Source: Mobula hypostoma (Eukaryota). Taken from it: DNA of 64,000 nucleotides. The notes below the pieces were generated by a model. That model searched no databases. It was not told the DNA's origin and was given only the letters and a program-made list of their open reading frames with translations. Below are positions 27,476 to 40,735 of the stretch, piece by piece. The first letter of the stretch is position 1. Each line of letters starts with the position of its first letter. Location: NCBI RefSeq assembly GCF_963921235.1, contig NC_086097.1, positions 217,870,001-217,934,000 of the forward strand, in the 5' to 3' direction. A program made the position numbers and the translations under genes.

Positions 27476-28741
27476 CGCTACTTACTAAAGAGAAACTGAG
27501 TAGACACGTTATTCCTGATTCTGCATCTCTCTTTTGATTACTTTGTAGAGTTACAAAACATAAAGTATAGGAGATGGATTGTTATGTTGAAGATATATAA
27601 GATGTTAGTGAGGCCTAATTTAGAGTAATGTATGCAGTACCGGTCACCTACCCGCAGAAGAAATATCGATAAGATGTTGCCGGGACTTGAGGAAAGATTG
27701 AATAGGTTATGACTTTATTCTCTAAAAACACAGGAGAGGAGAGCAGATCTGATCGAGCAGAAGGTGGTGAGAGTGCAAGGTGTAGCACCTGTTTAGCCCT
27801 CTGATTAGGGTCTCGTGAAGCTATGGGAGCAGGTTGGATGAGCAACTGGTGCATAACAGAAGTGCTGGTTATGCAAGCACAGACACCAGACAGACAATCC
27901 CGTGAGAGTATTGATAATGGCTGGGGTCATCTGGTTTGTAAAGAGGCTGCCCAGAAGAAGGCTTGGAAAAATTTTCCAAGCACAGTCATGGTCAAGAACA
28001 TGATTGCCCACATCATACGACACAGTACATAATGAATGGGTGTTCTATGGCCCTATAAATACATTACCTGACTGATTAATAATATTTCTATTTCCATAGT
28101 TGCTGCTTGACTTGCTCTATTAAATCTTTTTATTAATTATTATTGAAAATCAACAACAAAAAAATACATTGAAGTAATCAAATCAAAATATCAATATGTA
28201 CAATAACAGTTAAACTATCAACCAAGTTAAACAATATATCAATAATAAGAAGAAAAAACAAAATGTTAAAGCTATTTTTTTGGGAAAAAGAACCCCTACT
28301 AATTAAAACAAAAAAAACCCTAACAAAAAAAAACCATTTGGAGCACAAACCCAGAGCTACACGCCATACAAGCTTCTATAAAAGAAAGACATCAATCTGC
28401 CAACCAAATCCATTTGCCCAAGAATCAGAAGGGGACCATCCTAATTAACTCAAGTCAAATGATAGTAGCAGGCAAAAGAGCCCCACCTTTTCTCAAAGTC
28501 AAATTGAGGATCAAAAGTTCGACTTCTGACTTTCTCCAAACTAAGACATAACATCACCTGGGAAAACCATTGTATCAAAGTGGGAGCAGAAGCATCTTTC
28601 CTTTTTAATAAAAGAGCCCTTCTGGTCAATAGTGTGACAAATGCAATTACATATTGATCTGATATAGAAACACTGTGAATATATTGAGGGATTATACCGA
28701 ACAAAACTGTCAATTTATTAGGTTGTAAATTAATTTTACAA

Positions 28742-29366
28742 CCGGTGGGAGGAGAGAGAGCAGCGTGCCGCGTGTGCGCAGCCCTCCAGTGAAAAATGAC
28801 ATCGTATCCATTAAATAGGGGCCGTGGACAATTCTGATTTGATGGAGACGGGTGTGAAAGCACAGAGGAACATTTGGAGAAATTTCTGAAACGCTCGTTC
28901 GCTGCTGTCGTTACTGCACGGTCGGGAATCTTCCAGAGGGAAGGCCTCAACATCCCCAGCTTTGCCTGCTGTTGGCGACTGAGATTGAGGTCGAATCGTT
29001 CGGACAGAGATAGCGCTCAGTACTCGGTGCCAGAGAGCTGATTCGGAGGCTCGAAGTTTTCGGATGACTCAGAGATGGGTTGTGGTCGGGCATGGCGGGA
29101 AGAGTTTTTCTTCCTTCTCCCGTCTGCATGAGATGTGGGACATTTGAGAGACTTTGAACTTTTTACTGTGCTCATGGACTTCTTCATCAAGTTATGGTAT
29201 TGTTGCACTGTTGTAACTATATGCTATAATTATGTTGTTTTGTCAGTTTTTTCAGTCTTGGTCTGTCCTGTGTTTTGTGATATCACACCAGAGGAAATAT
29301 TGTATCATTTCTTAATGCATGCATTACTAAATGACAATAAAAGAGGACTGCATGTCTTCATAATTT
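28742..29366 (+). mobile_element. ~625-bp non-autonomous retroelement, copy 2 (inside L1 ORF2)
   Basis: Colinear with 26192-26817 over its whole length. Confidence 0.85.
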
Positions 29367-29686
29367 AAAAGAAGTTTTAAACCTTTAGAAATTGTAGAAA
29401 AAATAGATTTCCAAAACTTTTTCAATATAGAACACAACCAAAACATATGTGTCAATGTAGCTGTCTCAGTTTTACATTTATCACACTGACTATTAACATT
29501 AGGAAATATTTTAGACAGTTTCTCCTATGTCAAATAATAATGATGTACAATTTTAAATTGAATTAGAGAGTGACTGGCAGAAATCGAAGAAGAGTTAACC
29601 AACTTCAAAATTCGCAACCTTCTGTTATCAAGGTCATGTTAAGCTCTGTTTCCCAATCTTGCTTAATCTTAAGTAAAGGATAATTA

Positions 29687-29755
29687 AAGCAACACACATC
29701 AAAGATGTGTGTTGCTTGAATTTCCAGCATCTGCAGAATTCCTGTTGTTTGCGTT
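29687..29755. mobile_element. 69-bp Penelope-terminus insertion with hairpin
   Basis: 13-bp TSD TAAAGGATAATTA (29674-29686, 29756-29768); sequence matches the termini at 41420-41474 and 47390-47440. Confidence 0.85.
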
Positions 29756-32700
29756 TAAAGGATAATTATCCTGTTGTAATAGTAAATTATAAATTTTCCT
29801 AATGAAACCTTTCACTAAAGGGTTCATTTTTAAAATAATGTCTAACAGGTCAGAATCTTGTATATATGGAAAATTACTTAAATATTCTTGTAAGAAATGT
29901 CTGACCTGAAGATATTGCAAGAAGTGTGAGTATGAGAGAAAATATTTAGTTACTAATTTCTCAAAAGACATCAATCGGCCTTCTTGAAACAGATCCATAA
30001 AGGAATAAATTCCTTTATTCCTCCAAAGAGAAAAGGTAGGATCACCAGTGAAGGTTTAAATAAATGATATTTTCCAATTCTTGATCTATTATTATTCCAA
30101 ACAAAAGATGAAATAATAGAATCAACCTGATCAAAAAACTTCTTCATTAGAAAAATAGGAATATTTTGAAATACATATAAAAATTTTGGTAAGATCATCA
30201 TTTTAACTGCATGAATTCGACCAGCTAACGAAAGTGTAAGTGGATTCCATCTAGAAAATAATTGCTTCATAAAATCCATTAAGGGAACTAAATTAGCTCT
30301 ATAAAGGTCTCCATAATTTTCAGTGATGATAATACCTAAATATCTGAAAGAATCTGTAACTTGAAAAGGAATGTAGTCATATATAGAAGCAGAATCATTT
30401 AGAGGAAATAATTCACTTTTATGCAGGTTTAATTTATATCCTGAAAACTTTCCAAATTAATTTAATAATTTCAATAAACTAGGAATAGATTCTTCAGGAT
30501 TTGAAACATAAACTAAGAGATCATCAGCATAAAGGGAAATCTTATGAATAGTCCCATTTATGGAAATTCCTTGAATATCTTTAGCTTCACAAAGTGCAAT
30601 AGCCAAAGGTTCCAGTGCCAAATTAAATAACAAAGGACTTAATGGACATCCTTGTCTCATACCCCGCGAAAGTCGAGAAAAGGGGGCTCTGCAGTTATTA
30701 GTAAGAACAGTGGCAATAGGGCTTGTATATATCATTCTAATCCACTTATTAAAATTAGTACCAAAGTTAAATTTCTCTAAAATGTTAAATAAGTATTTCC
30801 ATTCAACTCTATCAAATGCCTTTTCAGCATCAAGAGAAACAACACATTGGGGAGTCTTCGAGAGGGATGAGTATTTAACAGTCTCCGAGTATTAGAAAAG
30901 GAATAACAACCTTTTATAAAACCTGTTTGGTTCTGAGAAATAATTTTAGCTAGTATATTCTCCAACTGATTAGCCATTATTTTTGAAAGAATTTCGTTTA
31001 ATAATGAGATAGGTCTATATGAAGCACAATCAGTAGGGTCTTTACCTTTCTCAAGAACTAAAGAGATAAAAGCTTCATAAAATGTGGAAGGTAACTCTCC
31101 TAACAAAAAAGAACCTTTAAGCATTTCCAACATATAAGGAGTAAGCAAATTTTCAAATTTTTTATAAAATCCTACAGGAAAAACCATCCAGTCCAGGAGC
31201 TTTACCAGATTGCATCGAAAGAATAGCTTTCTGAATTTCTTTTTCAGTCAAAGGAGTATCAAGAATTTGTTGATCTTCAACAGATATTCTGGGAAAATCA
31301 ATCTTTTGTAAAAAGGCATTCATTTTAGAAGGATCAGCTGGAAACTGAGATTTATAGAGTTCACTGTAATAGTCTTGAAAATTTTATTAATATCTTCATA
31401 ATTACATGCTAAACTACCATCTCCCTTACGAATTTTTAAAATTTGTCTTTTGGCTCTCACTGCCTATAGTTGGGATGCTAATAGCTTATTACTTTCATCT
31501 CCAAACACATAAAATTGACTTTTTAATTTAAGCACATTTCTTTCAAAAGGGTAAGTTTATAGTAAATTATGTTGTGATTGAAGTTCAACCCTTTGTTTAA
31601 ATAAATCAATATTAGGAGAAACTGCATAAGTGTTATCCAAGTCCTTAATTTGTTCTGAAATCCTATCTAACTCTATTTTTGTCTGTTTCTTAAGCTTAGC
31701 CAAATAGGAGATTATCTGACCTCGCAAATATGCTTTAAATGTATCCCATATAATCAATTTCGACATATCTCCCGTATTATTAAAAAGAAAAAAATCTTTT
31801 ATCTGAATCTCTATGAATTTGACAAAGTGCGAACTTTGAAATAAATTTTCTGGAAAACGCGAAGGCAAGTTTACATTACTAACATCAATCAATTCAAAAG
31901 TTAAGCTTAAAGGTGCATGATCTGAAACTACAATAGCATCACATTCACATTTTTGGACTTCGGACAAAAATTGGATCAATTCTCGAATATTTTATATGAA
32001 CATGTGAATAAAAAGAATAATCTCTATCATTAGGATGTAGATTTCTCCAAATTTTGATCAAACCATAATCAATTAAAAAGGAATTAATAAGTGATGCTGA
32101 ACAACTCGGAAGCTGCTGATTGGTTGAACTCTTGTTAATCAAAGGATTTAAACAACAGTTGAAATCACCTCCCATCAGCAACATATATTTATTTAAGTCT
32201 GGTAATAAACCAAATACATTTTTAAAAAAAGGATCATCTACATTAGGTCCATATAGATTAACCAGGACAATTTTTCTATTACAAATTGTTCCTTTACCAA
32301 TTAAAAGTCTACCATTGATCTCTGAGACGATGTCTTCTTGGATAAATAAAATATTAGATTTAATAAAAATAGATAGTCCCTTTGTTTTATTTTGACAAGT
32401 AGCATGATATTGAAGGCCCTTCCACATTTTTAAAAATCTATTTTGATTGCTCGTTCTGATATGTGTTTCTTGAACAAAAATTATATCGGGCTGGAATCGA
32501 TTAATAATTTTAAAGGTCTTCTTTCACTTAATAGGGTGATTCCAGCCAGGTACATTCCAACTAATAATGTTTATCTGTTTAACTACCATAGAATATTGTT
32601 TTTAACACAAAAATATATGCACACCATCACGGGCTAATCAAAAACACGCATGCTCCGCAACTCCATAATGCAGAAAAAATACAGGATATATGTAAAAAAA

Positions 32701-34665
32701 ACTAAAGAAAAAAAAATCCCGCGATAAACCCCAGAATACAAAAATACTCCCAATCCTCCCACCATCCCAAAAGGTAGAAATCTGGCAGAAAGAGAGAAAA
32801 AGCCGGAATGCATCCCCAGAGAAAGAAAAAAGAAGCAGAACTCCGCGTGCTGCTCAATTTAAATAGTGATTTAAAAGTTTTTTCTCTCAATTCCCCCCTC
32901 CCCTTTACGAAGAAAACACATGACCCTAAGATAAGAAAGCCCAGCAGAGAAAAAAAGATGTTTATACTTAATCATTGAAAATAAACTAGGGAATGCAAAA
33001 ACAGTCTCCAGACACGTCAAAGCAATACTATTAGACTTAAACAATATAATCTCTAACAAGAGAAAATCAGCGCCATTATTCCTTTGACTTACTACCCGAT
33101 TTTAACAAAAAACTAAAGCTAATTATCTATTACTAAACACTCCTCACTATATAAAAAATGTCTATATAAACTATAAAAACTATCAATTAATGAAAGAAAA
33201 GGAAGAAAGGAGCAGGTAATCAAACCAGTTAACAATCTGTCCGCTGTGTTAATTCACTCTGTATACCAAACAGACTTCAGAAAAGTAATTCATTAGTCAA
33301 ACCAAGAAGTTCACTTCTTTTTTAAATAGTCCATCGATCAAAGGATATCTTCAACATATCAGAAATCTTCAAAGCCTGTTTTCTTTCAGAAAATTATTCA
33401 GGAAACCTATTATCCTTCACATGTCAGCCGCCTCCGAGATAGAATTGACATAGTCCAATGCTGCTTGGGGATCCGAAAAAACACGTGGAGTAGAATCTTT
33501 AGGAAATAATTTTAATCGGGCAGGGTAGCGGAGTGTTGGAAAAATCCCTTTTCATGGGCTATCTTCATAGCTGGAACAAATTTGATCCGCTGTTCCATAA
33601 CTTCCCGTGGATAGTCTTCATAAAAATGAATCTTGGAACCCTTAAGTTTAAAAATTCTCTGTTCCCTTGCACATTTTATGATTTGGTCTTTAACTTTAAA
33701 GCGAAGAAAATTGACCAAAATTAGCAGTGCTTTACCTGAAATCTGAGAGTTCGAAGTGAAAATTCTATGAGCTCTTTCAATATCGGGAGGCTGAGGTAGA
33801 ATATCCAGAAACAGAGATTGAAACAAAATTGGCAAAATAGTCCAATAAATTCCCACTCTCAGAACCTTCCTTCAGTCCAACAATTCGAATGTTATTCTGA
33901 CGAGATTTCGCCTCTAAATCAACAATTTTGCATTGAGCCTGTTCTAAGCGGGTTGAAATATCCACAATCTGACGTTTCGATTCTTTAAACTCAGTATTCA
34001 AGGAAATAATATTTTCCTCTACAGTCTGAAAACTCTGTCAGAACGACTTCAACTCAGAAGTGTTATTGTACATTTTGTTGTCGAGACCCATCAACGCACG
34101 TTCCAAATGCTCAGCCCAGACAGGCATATCTTCTGATTTTTCTTTCGAAGTTTTTCCCTTTCCATTGCTGGATTCAAAAGCTGATTTCCACTTCTTAAAG
34201 GATATGACATAATGACAACTATTCCCCTCTAAGATCCGAGAAATAAAAGTTAAAAATTCAAGGTTTAAACTGGGGAAAAGGAGGAATTAAAGGCAGCCAC
34301 AAAATTTATACATTACTGCATTGAGCTGCAAGTGGAAGTCCACCTGCTTGACTTGCTTTTTGCTCTTTAGCCAGAGGGTGGTGAATTTGTGGAATTTATC
34401 ATCAAAGACGGCTGTGGCGGTCAGGTCACTGGGTACATTTAAAATGGAGGTTCTTGATTAGGAAGGTTTTAAAAGTTACGGGGAAAAGGTTGTGGGGTTG
34501 TGAGGGATAATAAATCAGCCATGATGGATGGCAGAGCAGACTTGATGGGCTGAATGGCCTAATTCTGCTCCTATGTCGGGGTCCAATGAAGTAGGAAGTG
34601 TTGGAAATGGGGCCTGGTGAGTCAGTGCAGGAACATGTGCCAAGTGAATCTTTTGTCAGCACAAG

Positions 34666-35592
34666 TGTCACATAAACACTTTGGAGTCCAGTATTGCTAT
34701 AAACCAATAATATTTATTAGTAACTATGCAATACAGTAATATAAATGTAGATAAATCAAACAGGTTAGCAATAATTATATATATCAGTAAGTGTGGAAAT
34801 ATATGTATGAAAAACCAAGCTTCTTTAAGTCTATGGGAAAAAAAGATACAGTCTTATGATGATGAGTAAAGTTCAATTCAGTTCAGTTCATGGTATTGAG
34901 TTGAATAGTGATGGAGAGGGGGAGAGGGAGTGATTTCAGTATTCAGGTGAGCTGACGCCGTCGATCTTCTTGTTGTCCTTCGAAATCCTTTAAAAGTCAC
35001 CGACTGTGACTTTAATGAAGGGGACCGGTTTTCTGTGGTGGAGCTATTCCCCAGGCGAGGGTGGACACATGGACAACTCCCCACCAGTCAACCCTTTTCC
35101 TCTTTTCACTGCAAGAGCGATGGATCGATCTGCCTGATCGATCGCCCAAAACCCACTTTTCCTGCGGGCACAACAATGCTCATTCAGTGTCCAAACATGT
35201 GTCTGAGGTCTGTACCATCTGACCTCCTATTTTATCTTCCCGTACTGAGCATCAACTGTCATTCAAATAACTCCCCCTTCCTCTCTCTGTGAAGAAATGC
35301 AAGCAGGCAAAAATCCTTGAAAAAAGTGTCAACAACATGCCGAAAATCATAACATCAATTGTCCATTTAATAACACCCTCAGTCACCATAGCAACTTACG
35401 AGCTGCTCGGTACTATCTCTGCTTAAGCAGAAATCCAAAGTTACTTCCAGTGTCTTAAAGTGACAGTCCAGCCGTTAGTCTTCCCCTCTCTCTCTCTCTC
35501 TCTCTCTTTTACAAACTAGCTATCGGTGGTAAATAACTCTCTCTCTCTTTTCAAAAGCACAGTCAATAGGGGTAATTCAGGATCCCATCACA
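34666..35592 (-). mobile_element. Solo LTR (Gypsy-like by 4-bp TSD)
   Basis: TGT...ACA termini flanked by a CAAG duplication (34662-34665, 35593-35596); minus-strand AATAAA near 34711; no coding remnants seen. Confidence 0.72.
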
Positions 35593-36379
35593 CAAGAATC
35601 ACAGTTCGAGTAAATGTAGTTGGAGCAATTGTCTCATGTACGTACTGAGGTATAGTGAAACACTGCTTTGAATGGCATCCACACGGATAATCGCATTACA
35701 TCAGTATATAGAGGTAGTACCTAGGAAAAGCATTAACAGAATGCAGAACAACACACAAAATGCTGGAGCAACTCAACGGATCAGGCAGCATCTATGAAGG
35801 TGAATAACACGAAAAGTTTTGGGCTGAGACCTTTGCATTGATAATATATTTATTTTAACTTTGATCAGGACAGAATGCAGAATGTAGTGTTACAATTAGA
35901 CGCATGACTTTGGAGGGATACAGAAAAGGTTATAATTAAAAGGGTTTATATAAATATTGAAAGATTGGAAAAGCTGTGATTTTGTAGGCATATCTGAGGG
36001 AACTGTATAGAATTATGGTTTATTTGTATGAAGACGGCGATTCGCAAAATAACCAACTGGAACACAAGTTTTTGTTCAGTACTTGCGTGGTTAGGACTTG
36101 CAATGCATCGAAAATAGATTATCACTCCTGGATACAGACTCAATTGGAACGGAGCAAATGTCAAGATTAAAAAAACACATATAGAAAAAGGCGGCCAGGG
36201 CCGTGAGTCCGACAATTTTGATTGTTCTTCAAAATAATGACTTCTGTTGCGTTCTTCTATCAGGAAAATGAAAAAGAAGCTGGAACATTTTTGAAAATGA
36301 ATTGAAAGAGACCGACATTGAGAGCTTTTTGTCTCGTCCTTTCTCAACAATGGGTCATCCAGACTTAGAGGGAAGTATA

Positions 36380-36830
36380 CAAACCAGCCGCGCCTGTTAT
36401 CCGCGCACTGTCCACTCTTGCCCTTTGCTTTGCCCCCGACGCGAACGCTCGTTGGTGGCGAGCGGCCGTGATGCACGCTGGTCCTGGGGAGACCCGAAGG
36501 AATCGATGGGAGCGAGCGAGCGGGCTGGTGCGTGCGCCTCTCGCGCAGACAGATTTGAATCGCCGGCGGCGAGCGCGAGGCGTGGTGGCGAGTGTAAGCA
36601 GCCGATGGTCCGAGTGTCTCCTCCGGAACGAGCAGGGCGCCAGCCCGGTCTCTGCCCGCTTCCCCCGCTTCGTTCCGTGGTTCTGGGTGCTGCCCGACAG
36701 GCCTGTTGCCGGGCCCGGAGCGGTTTGAAAAGCGAGCGTTGTTGTTGATGTTGCTAAGCTACTCGGCTTCCCCGGTAGCGCCGCGGTCTCTTCGGGTCAT
36801 CGTACGCTGCCCTGACAACGGCCGGGAATT
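36380..36830 (+). promoter_or_regulatory. CpG island, probable CSPP1 promoter / non-coding first exon
   Basis: GC- and CpG-rich, apparently non-repeat segment about 5 kb upstream of the first coding exon, which itself has a splice acceptor. Contains a CHR-like TTTGAA and an X-box-like motif. Exon 1 donor not determined (candidate GTAAGA at 36877). Confidence 0.7.
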
Positions 36831-38501
36831 TATTTGTGTTCTGCTTAAAACTAAATTCCTAAATTCGCATTTAGTGGTAAGATCTCGGTTGTAGAGTTTG
36901 GATTCGTTTCGGTGAAGATGATTGTTTACTAAAATTGCTTGTCAGCTGGTGCGCTATGCTGTGCAGCCGGTTCTGAAAAAATAATAATCCACTTTTACAT
37001 CTTGATATAGAAAAATTATATTTTTTAGATAGTACTTTGTAAATGTCGGTGTTGGCTGCTTGGAAGTTGGCAAATGAAAGTGCAAAGTAGAACACGTATT
37101 TCATTAAATAAGATGATAGGAAGTTTGTTTTGCCTTGGAATGATGTTACTAGAAGTGTATTTAAAAAGCTGAGAAGGTGAAGGTTGAAAGGATTATGGAA
37201 GGAACTTTTGGGTGTCGAGAGGGGTTTGATGGTTTAAAGTTTTGATATCAACATTGTGGTGAAATGAGAATGTTGGTGCAAGTGGTTAGACTCGAGAATA
37301 AAGATAAACTCCTTCCAGTGTATATGCGTCTTTCCTGTGGCACTGCAAACGAAATGCTAGCTGTATTTAACCAAAGTTTTATAAAATTGTACTGTGATCT
37401 CTCTCTTTCTTTTGTATGTCGTGCTCTGGCTAATAAAGGGCACTATCCTAAATAATCACCATTTAACCACCTCTTTTTGCTGCCACTTTGGGGATTTGTA
37501 TATGAAAGTTCCTTTGTTCCACAGCAGTATTCATGGTAATTACCCTATCCTCTTTAAACCCACCAAAAGCTATCACCCCGCATTTATGGGGGTTAAATTC
37601 TATCTGCCATTGTTCTGACCAGCTGATCAGTGTCATTCTTTAGTCCAAAATTATCTTCCTATCATCAACGTTAATTTTGTGTCATATGCAAACTCTCTCC
37701 ACGGGTATCCAAATTGTTAACATGTATGACAAATGGTAAGGGTCCCGGAATTGATACCTGTTACAGTTATAATGGTCACAGTTTTCCAATCACAAAAGCA
37801 GCCCTCCACTTTTGCTCTTTGTCTTCTACTATAAAACCAACTTTGGATCCAATTGATCAAGTTGCTTAAGATCCAAAGGTTGCTAACCTTTTTTGAGCAA
37901 CTTTTCACATGAGACATTGTCCAAAATCTTGTAGTTCATGTAGATTATATCAGCTGCACTGCAATGTATTTTCTTACTTCAAAATGCTCAAATCAAGTTA
38001 GAGAGGATCTACCACCAATAAAGCCACATCCCTGATCAACACCTGATATTCCAAGTATTGTTTAATCCTGCCCTTGAAAAGTTTTTTCCATTAACTACCA
38101 GACCACTGATTATAGTCTTGCTAGCCTGTAACTGGCTTATCCCTGCTGTTCTCGAATAAATCATAATATTGAAACACAGCATAATTATCCAATGTTGTTG
38201 AAATATTGGAACATAATTTTTGATCTGCAGTATATTAATGAAACGGTTTGTTTTTAAGTAATAAATAATTATTCGCCAAGATAATTGGGATAAACCTCCC
38301 ACACCCTCCCAAAATAAGATTCATCTCTGAAGAATGCTTTCATATATACCCTGATTATCCCTTTGTATCAGCTTGAGTGTTAGAAGAGAACCTCCATTTA
38401 AGTTGGATCCAAAAAATAACATCTGCAATGCAGCGGTTCTTGATTGCTGCAGGGAAGTGCCTAAATTTTCTATATTTGGGCTTCTGGAATGAAATTGTGA
38501 T

Positions 38502-38762
38502 GCCACGGTAGCGTAGTGGTTAGTGCAGCACTATTACAGCTTGGGGCGCCAGGGTTTGGAGTTCAATTCCAATGTCATCTGTAAGGAGTCTGTCCATTCT
38601 CCTTGTGAAATATGGGAGTTTTCTCTGGGTGCTCTAGTTTCTGCCTGCAGTCTGAGGATCTACTGGTTAGTTGGGTAATTAGACATTGTAAATTGTCCTG
38701 TGCTTAGACTGGGTGGCAAGGCTGGAAGGGCTGATTCCATGCTGTACCTCAGTACATACATA
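38502..38762 (+). mobile_element. tRNA-derived V-SINE-like element
   Basis: A-box-like TAGCGTAGTGG and B-box-like GTTCAATTCC; V-domain-like GTTTTCTCTGGGTGCTCTAGTTTC; CR1-like 3' end with a (TACA)n tail. Confidence 0.78.
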
Positions 38763-38914
38763 CAACAAAACAGAAAATACTGTCAACGCTCAAAGGATCA
38801 GCAGCACCTGTGGAAAGAGAAAATCTGTTGAATGTTAACAGTATTATTATGTATTACAATATACTGCTGCAAAACAACAAATTTCATGATATTCTGTATA
38901 CTAGTGATTCTATT

Positions 38915-39432
38915 CATAATGAAGAAGGTGCAGGATAGATGTATTCCAAAAACTTAAGAAATACTGAAATGGAAATATAGTACAATAGTGACTGAAAAGG
39001 GAAGTCAAAGTTAATGTAAATATAAAAGAGAGGACATACAACAGAGCAAAAATTAGCAGGAAGATGGAGGATTGGGAAGCTTTTTGAAAAAACCCTACAG
39101 AAAGCAACTAAAAGAATCATGAGGGTGGGGGAGATGAGATATGAAAGCAAGCTAGCAAACAATATCAAGGTGGATAGAAAAAGCTTTTTCAAGTATATGA
39201 AAAATAAAGGAGAAATGAGAGTGGATATAGATTTAGGACAGCTAGAAAATGAAGCCAGAAAAATAATGGGGGACAAGGAGATAGCAGATGAACTAAATGA
39301 GTATTTTGCATTAGTTTTCACTGTAGAAGACACTAGCAGTTTGCCAGGTGTTGAAGGTGTGAGGGAAGAGAAGTAAGTGCGGTTACTATTACAAGGGAGA
39401 AGGTGCTCAAAAAACTGAAAGACCTAAAGGTG
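38915..39432 (+). mobile_element. CR1 ORF2 internal fragment
   Basis: Closely homologous to 2420-2912 (YESKLANNIKVDRKSFFKY, ELNEYFA). Confidence 0.85.
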
Positions 39433-39439
39433 CCTCTGC

Positions 39440-40735
39440 AGACTTACTGCATTTTATCACTGATGATGCCATAGCCTCGGCTATTCACTCCGTCCTCTCC
39501 CACCGTGTTTGACGCAATTGCTCCTCAAACTGGTGGATAAAGTGTCCTATTTGTGATTCAATGGCTCTCTCTGTAACTTCTTGATGGAAAGGTCCCTGTC
39601 AGTCTGAGTTTGCAGCCACATTCCAAGCTCCATCACACTGAATACTGGTGCCCCCGAGGGTTGTGTGCTCAATCTGCTGCTGTTCATGCTGTTGACTCAC
39701 AACTGCACTGCCAGATTCAGCTCAAACCATTTCATCAAGTTTGCTGTCATCACGAAAGATTGATTATATGCTTCCAGAGGATTCAGTAAGAAAGGTGGTG
39801 TGGTCTTTAGAATCTTGATTCGTAAAAACTATCTTAAAAAGCATGTATCACGTGATGTAGCTACAACAATGGTTGGCCTCATCAACAACAATGATGAATT
39901 GGCATACAGAGAGGAGGTAGAGAAGCTTGTCAAGTGGTGTGATAATAACTTGAGTCTCAATGTGGACAAATGAGATGATTATGGACTTTGCAGGTTGACC
40001 ACTTTCCATTTCACATCAATGGCTCTGCTATGGAGAGAGTGAAGAGCACACGCTTCCTTGGTGTGCACATAACGGACATTCTAACCTGAAGCCACAACAC
40101 CTCCTGATTAGTCAAAAAGGTACAGTAGTGTCTACACTTTCTGAGGAGATTTGAGGCATGCAAGGCTCCCTGACCCCATTGTAACAACTTTCTACAGGAG
40201 CACCATTGACAGTGTCCTGTCTGGCTTTAACATTGTGTGCTGCAGAAACTAAGGCATCAGACCCCAAGACCCTACAGAGGATAGTTAAAAATCACCAGGG
40301 TCTTTCTCCCCCCACCCCCATTTATGACGTTTGTCGGGAGTGTTGTATATGAATGGCCCAAAGCATTGTTGAGGATCCCTACCACCCATCCCACAATCTA
40401 TTTGACCTACTACTCTCAAGTAGGAGGTACAGCAGCTTCAGGACTAGGACTGACAGACCGTGTAATAGCTTCTTCCCTGAAGCTGTGAAAATGAATATCC
40501 TGCCACCACTGAGGTCTCATCACTAGGACAGTGAGCTGTTTAGGTTTACTTTAATGTTTAACTGTGCTGCACACTACATGCACTTCAAACAGTATTTTAT
40601 TAACTTGTTTGTAGTAATGTTTTGTTTTATGTGCTATGCGTGGTATGTTTTGTTGGTGCACCATAGTCCAGAAGAAGATCGTTTCATTTGCTTGTATGTA
40701 TGTATAGTCAGATGACAGTAAAATTCAACTGAAAA
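39440..40735 (+). mobile_element. Degenerate Rex1/Babar 3' fragment
   Basis: GAPEGCVL, IKFA, AYREEVE, FLGVHIT, FYRSTID and DPYHPSH remnants plus 3'UTR. Confidence 0.8.

Larger units (their letters stand above)
28117..34343 (-). mobile_element. Full-length degenerate L1-clade LINE
   Basis: 14-bp TSD CTGCTTGACTTGCT (28103-28116, 34344-34357). ORF1 remnants (DLEAKSRQNNIRIVGLKEG, DIERAHR). ORF2 from 32589 (IISWNV, GGDFN, SDHAPL, RQGCPLSPLLF, YADD). Many frameshifts. Confidence 0.95.

Noticed and set aside
26192..29366. Direct repeats resembling the LTR pair of one retrotransposon
   Set aside because: No TG..CA termini or PBS; each copy interrupts a different host element that resumes on both sides.
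36302..36894. ORFs over the CpG island as a separate gene or CSPP1 N-terminal extension
   Set aside because: Arg/Ala/Gly/Pro-rich ORFs are expected by chance in GC-rich DNA, and I could not establish an in-frame splice to 41944.
38502..38575. tRNA gene
   Set aside because: A/B boxes are present but there is no cloverleaf; it continues into a SINE body and LINE-like tail.
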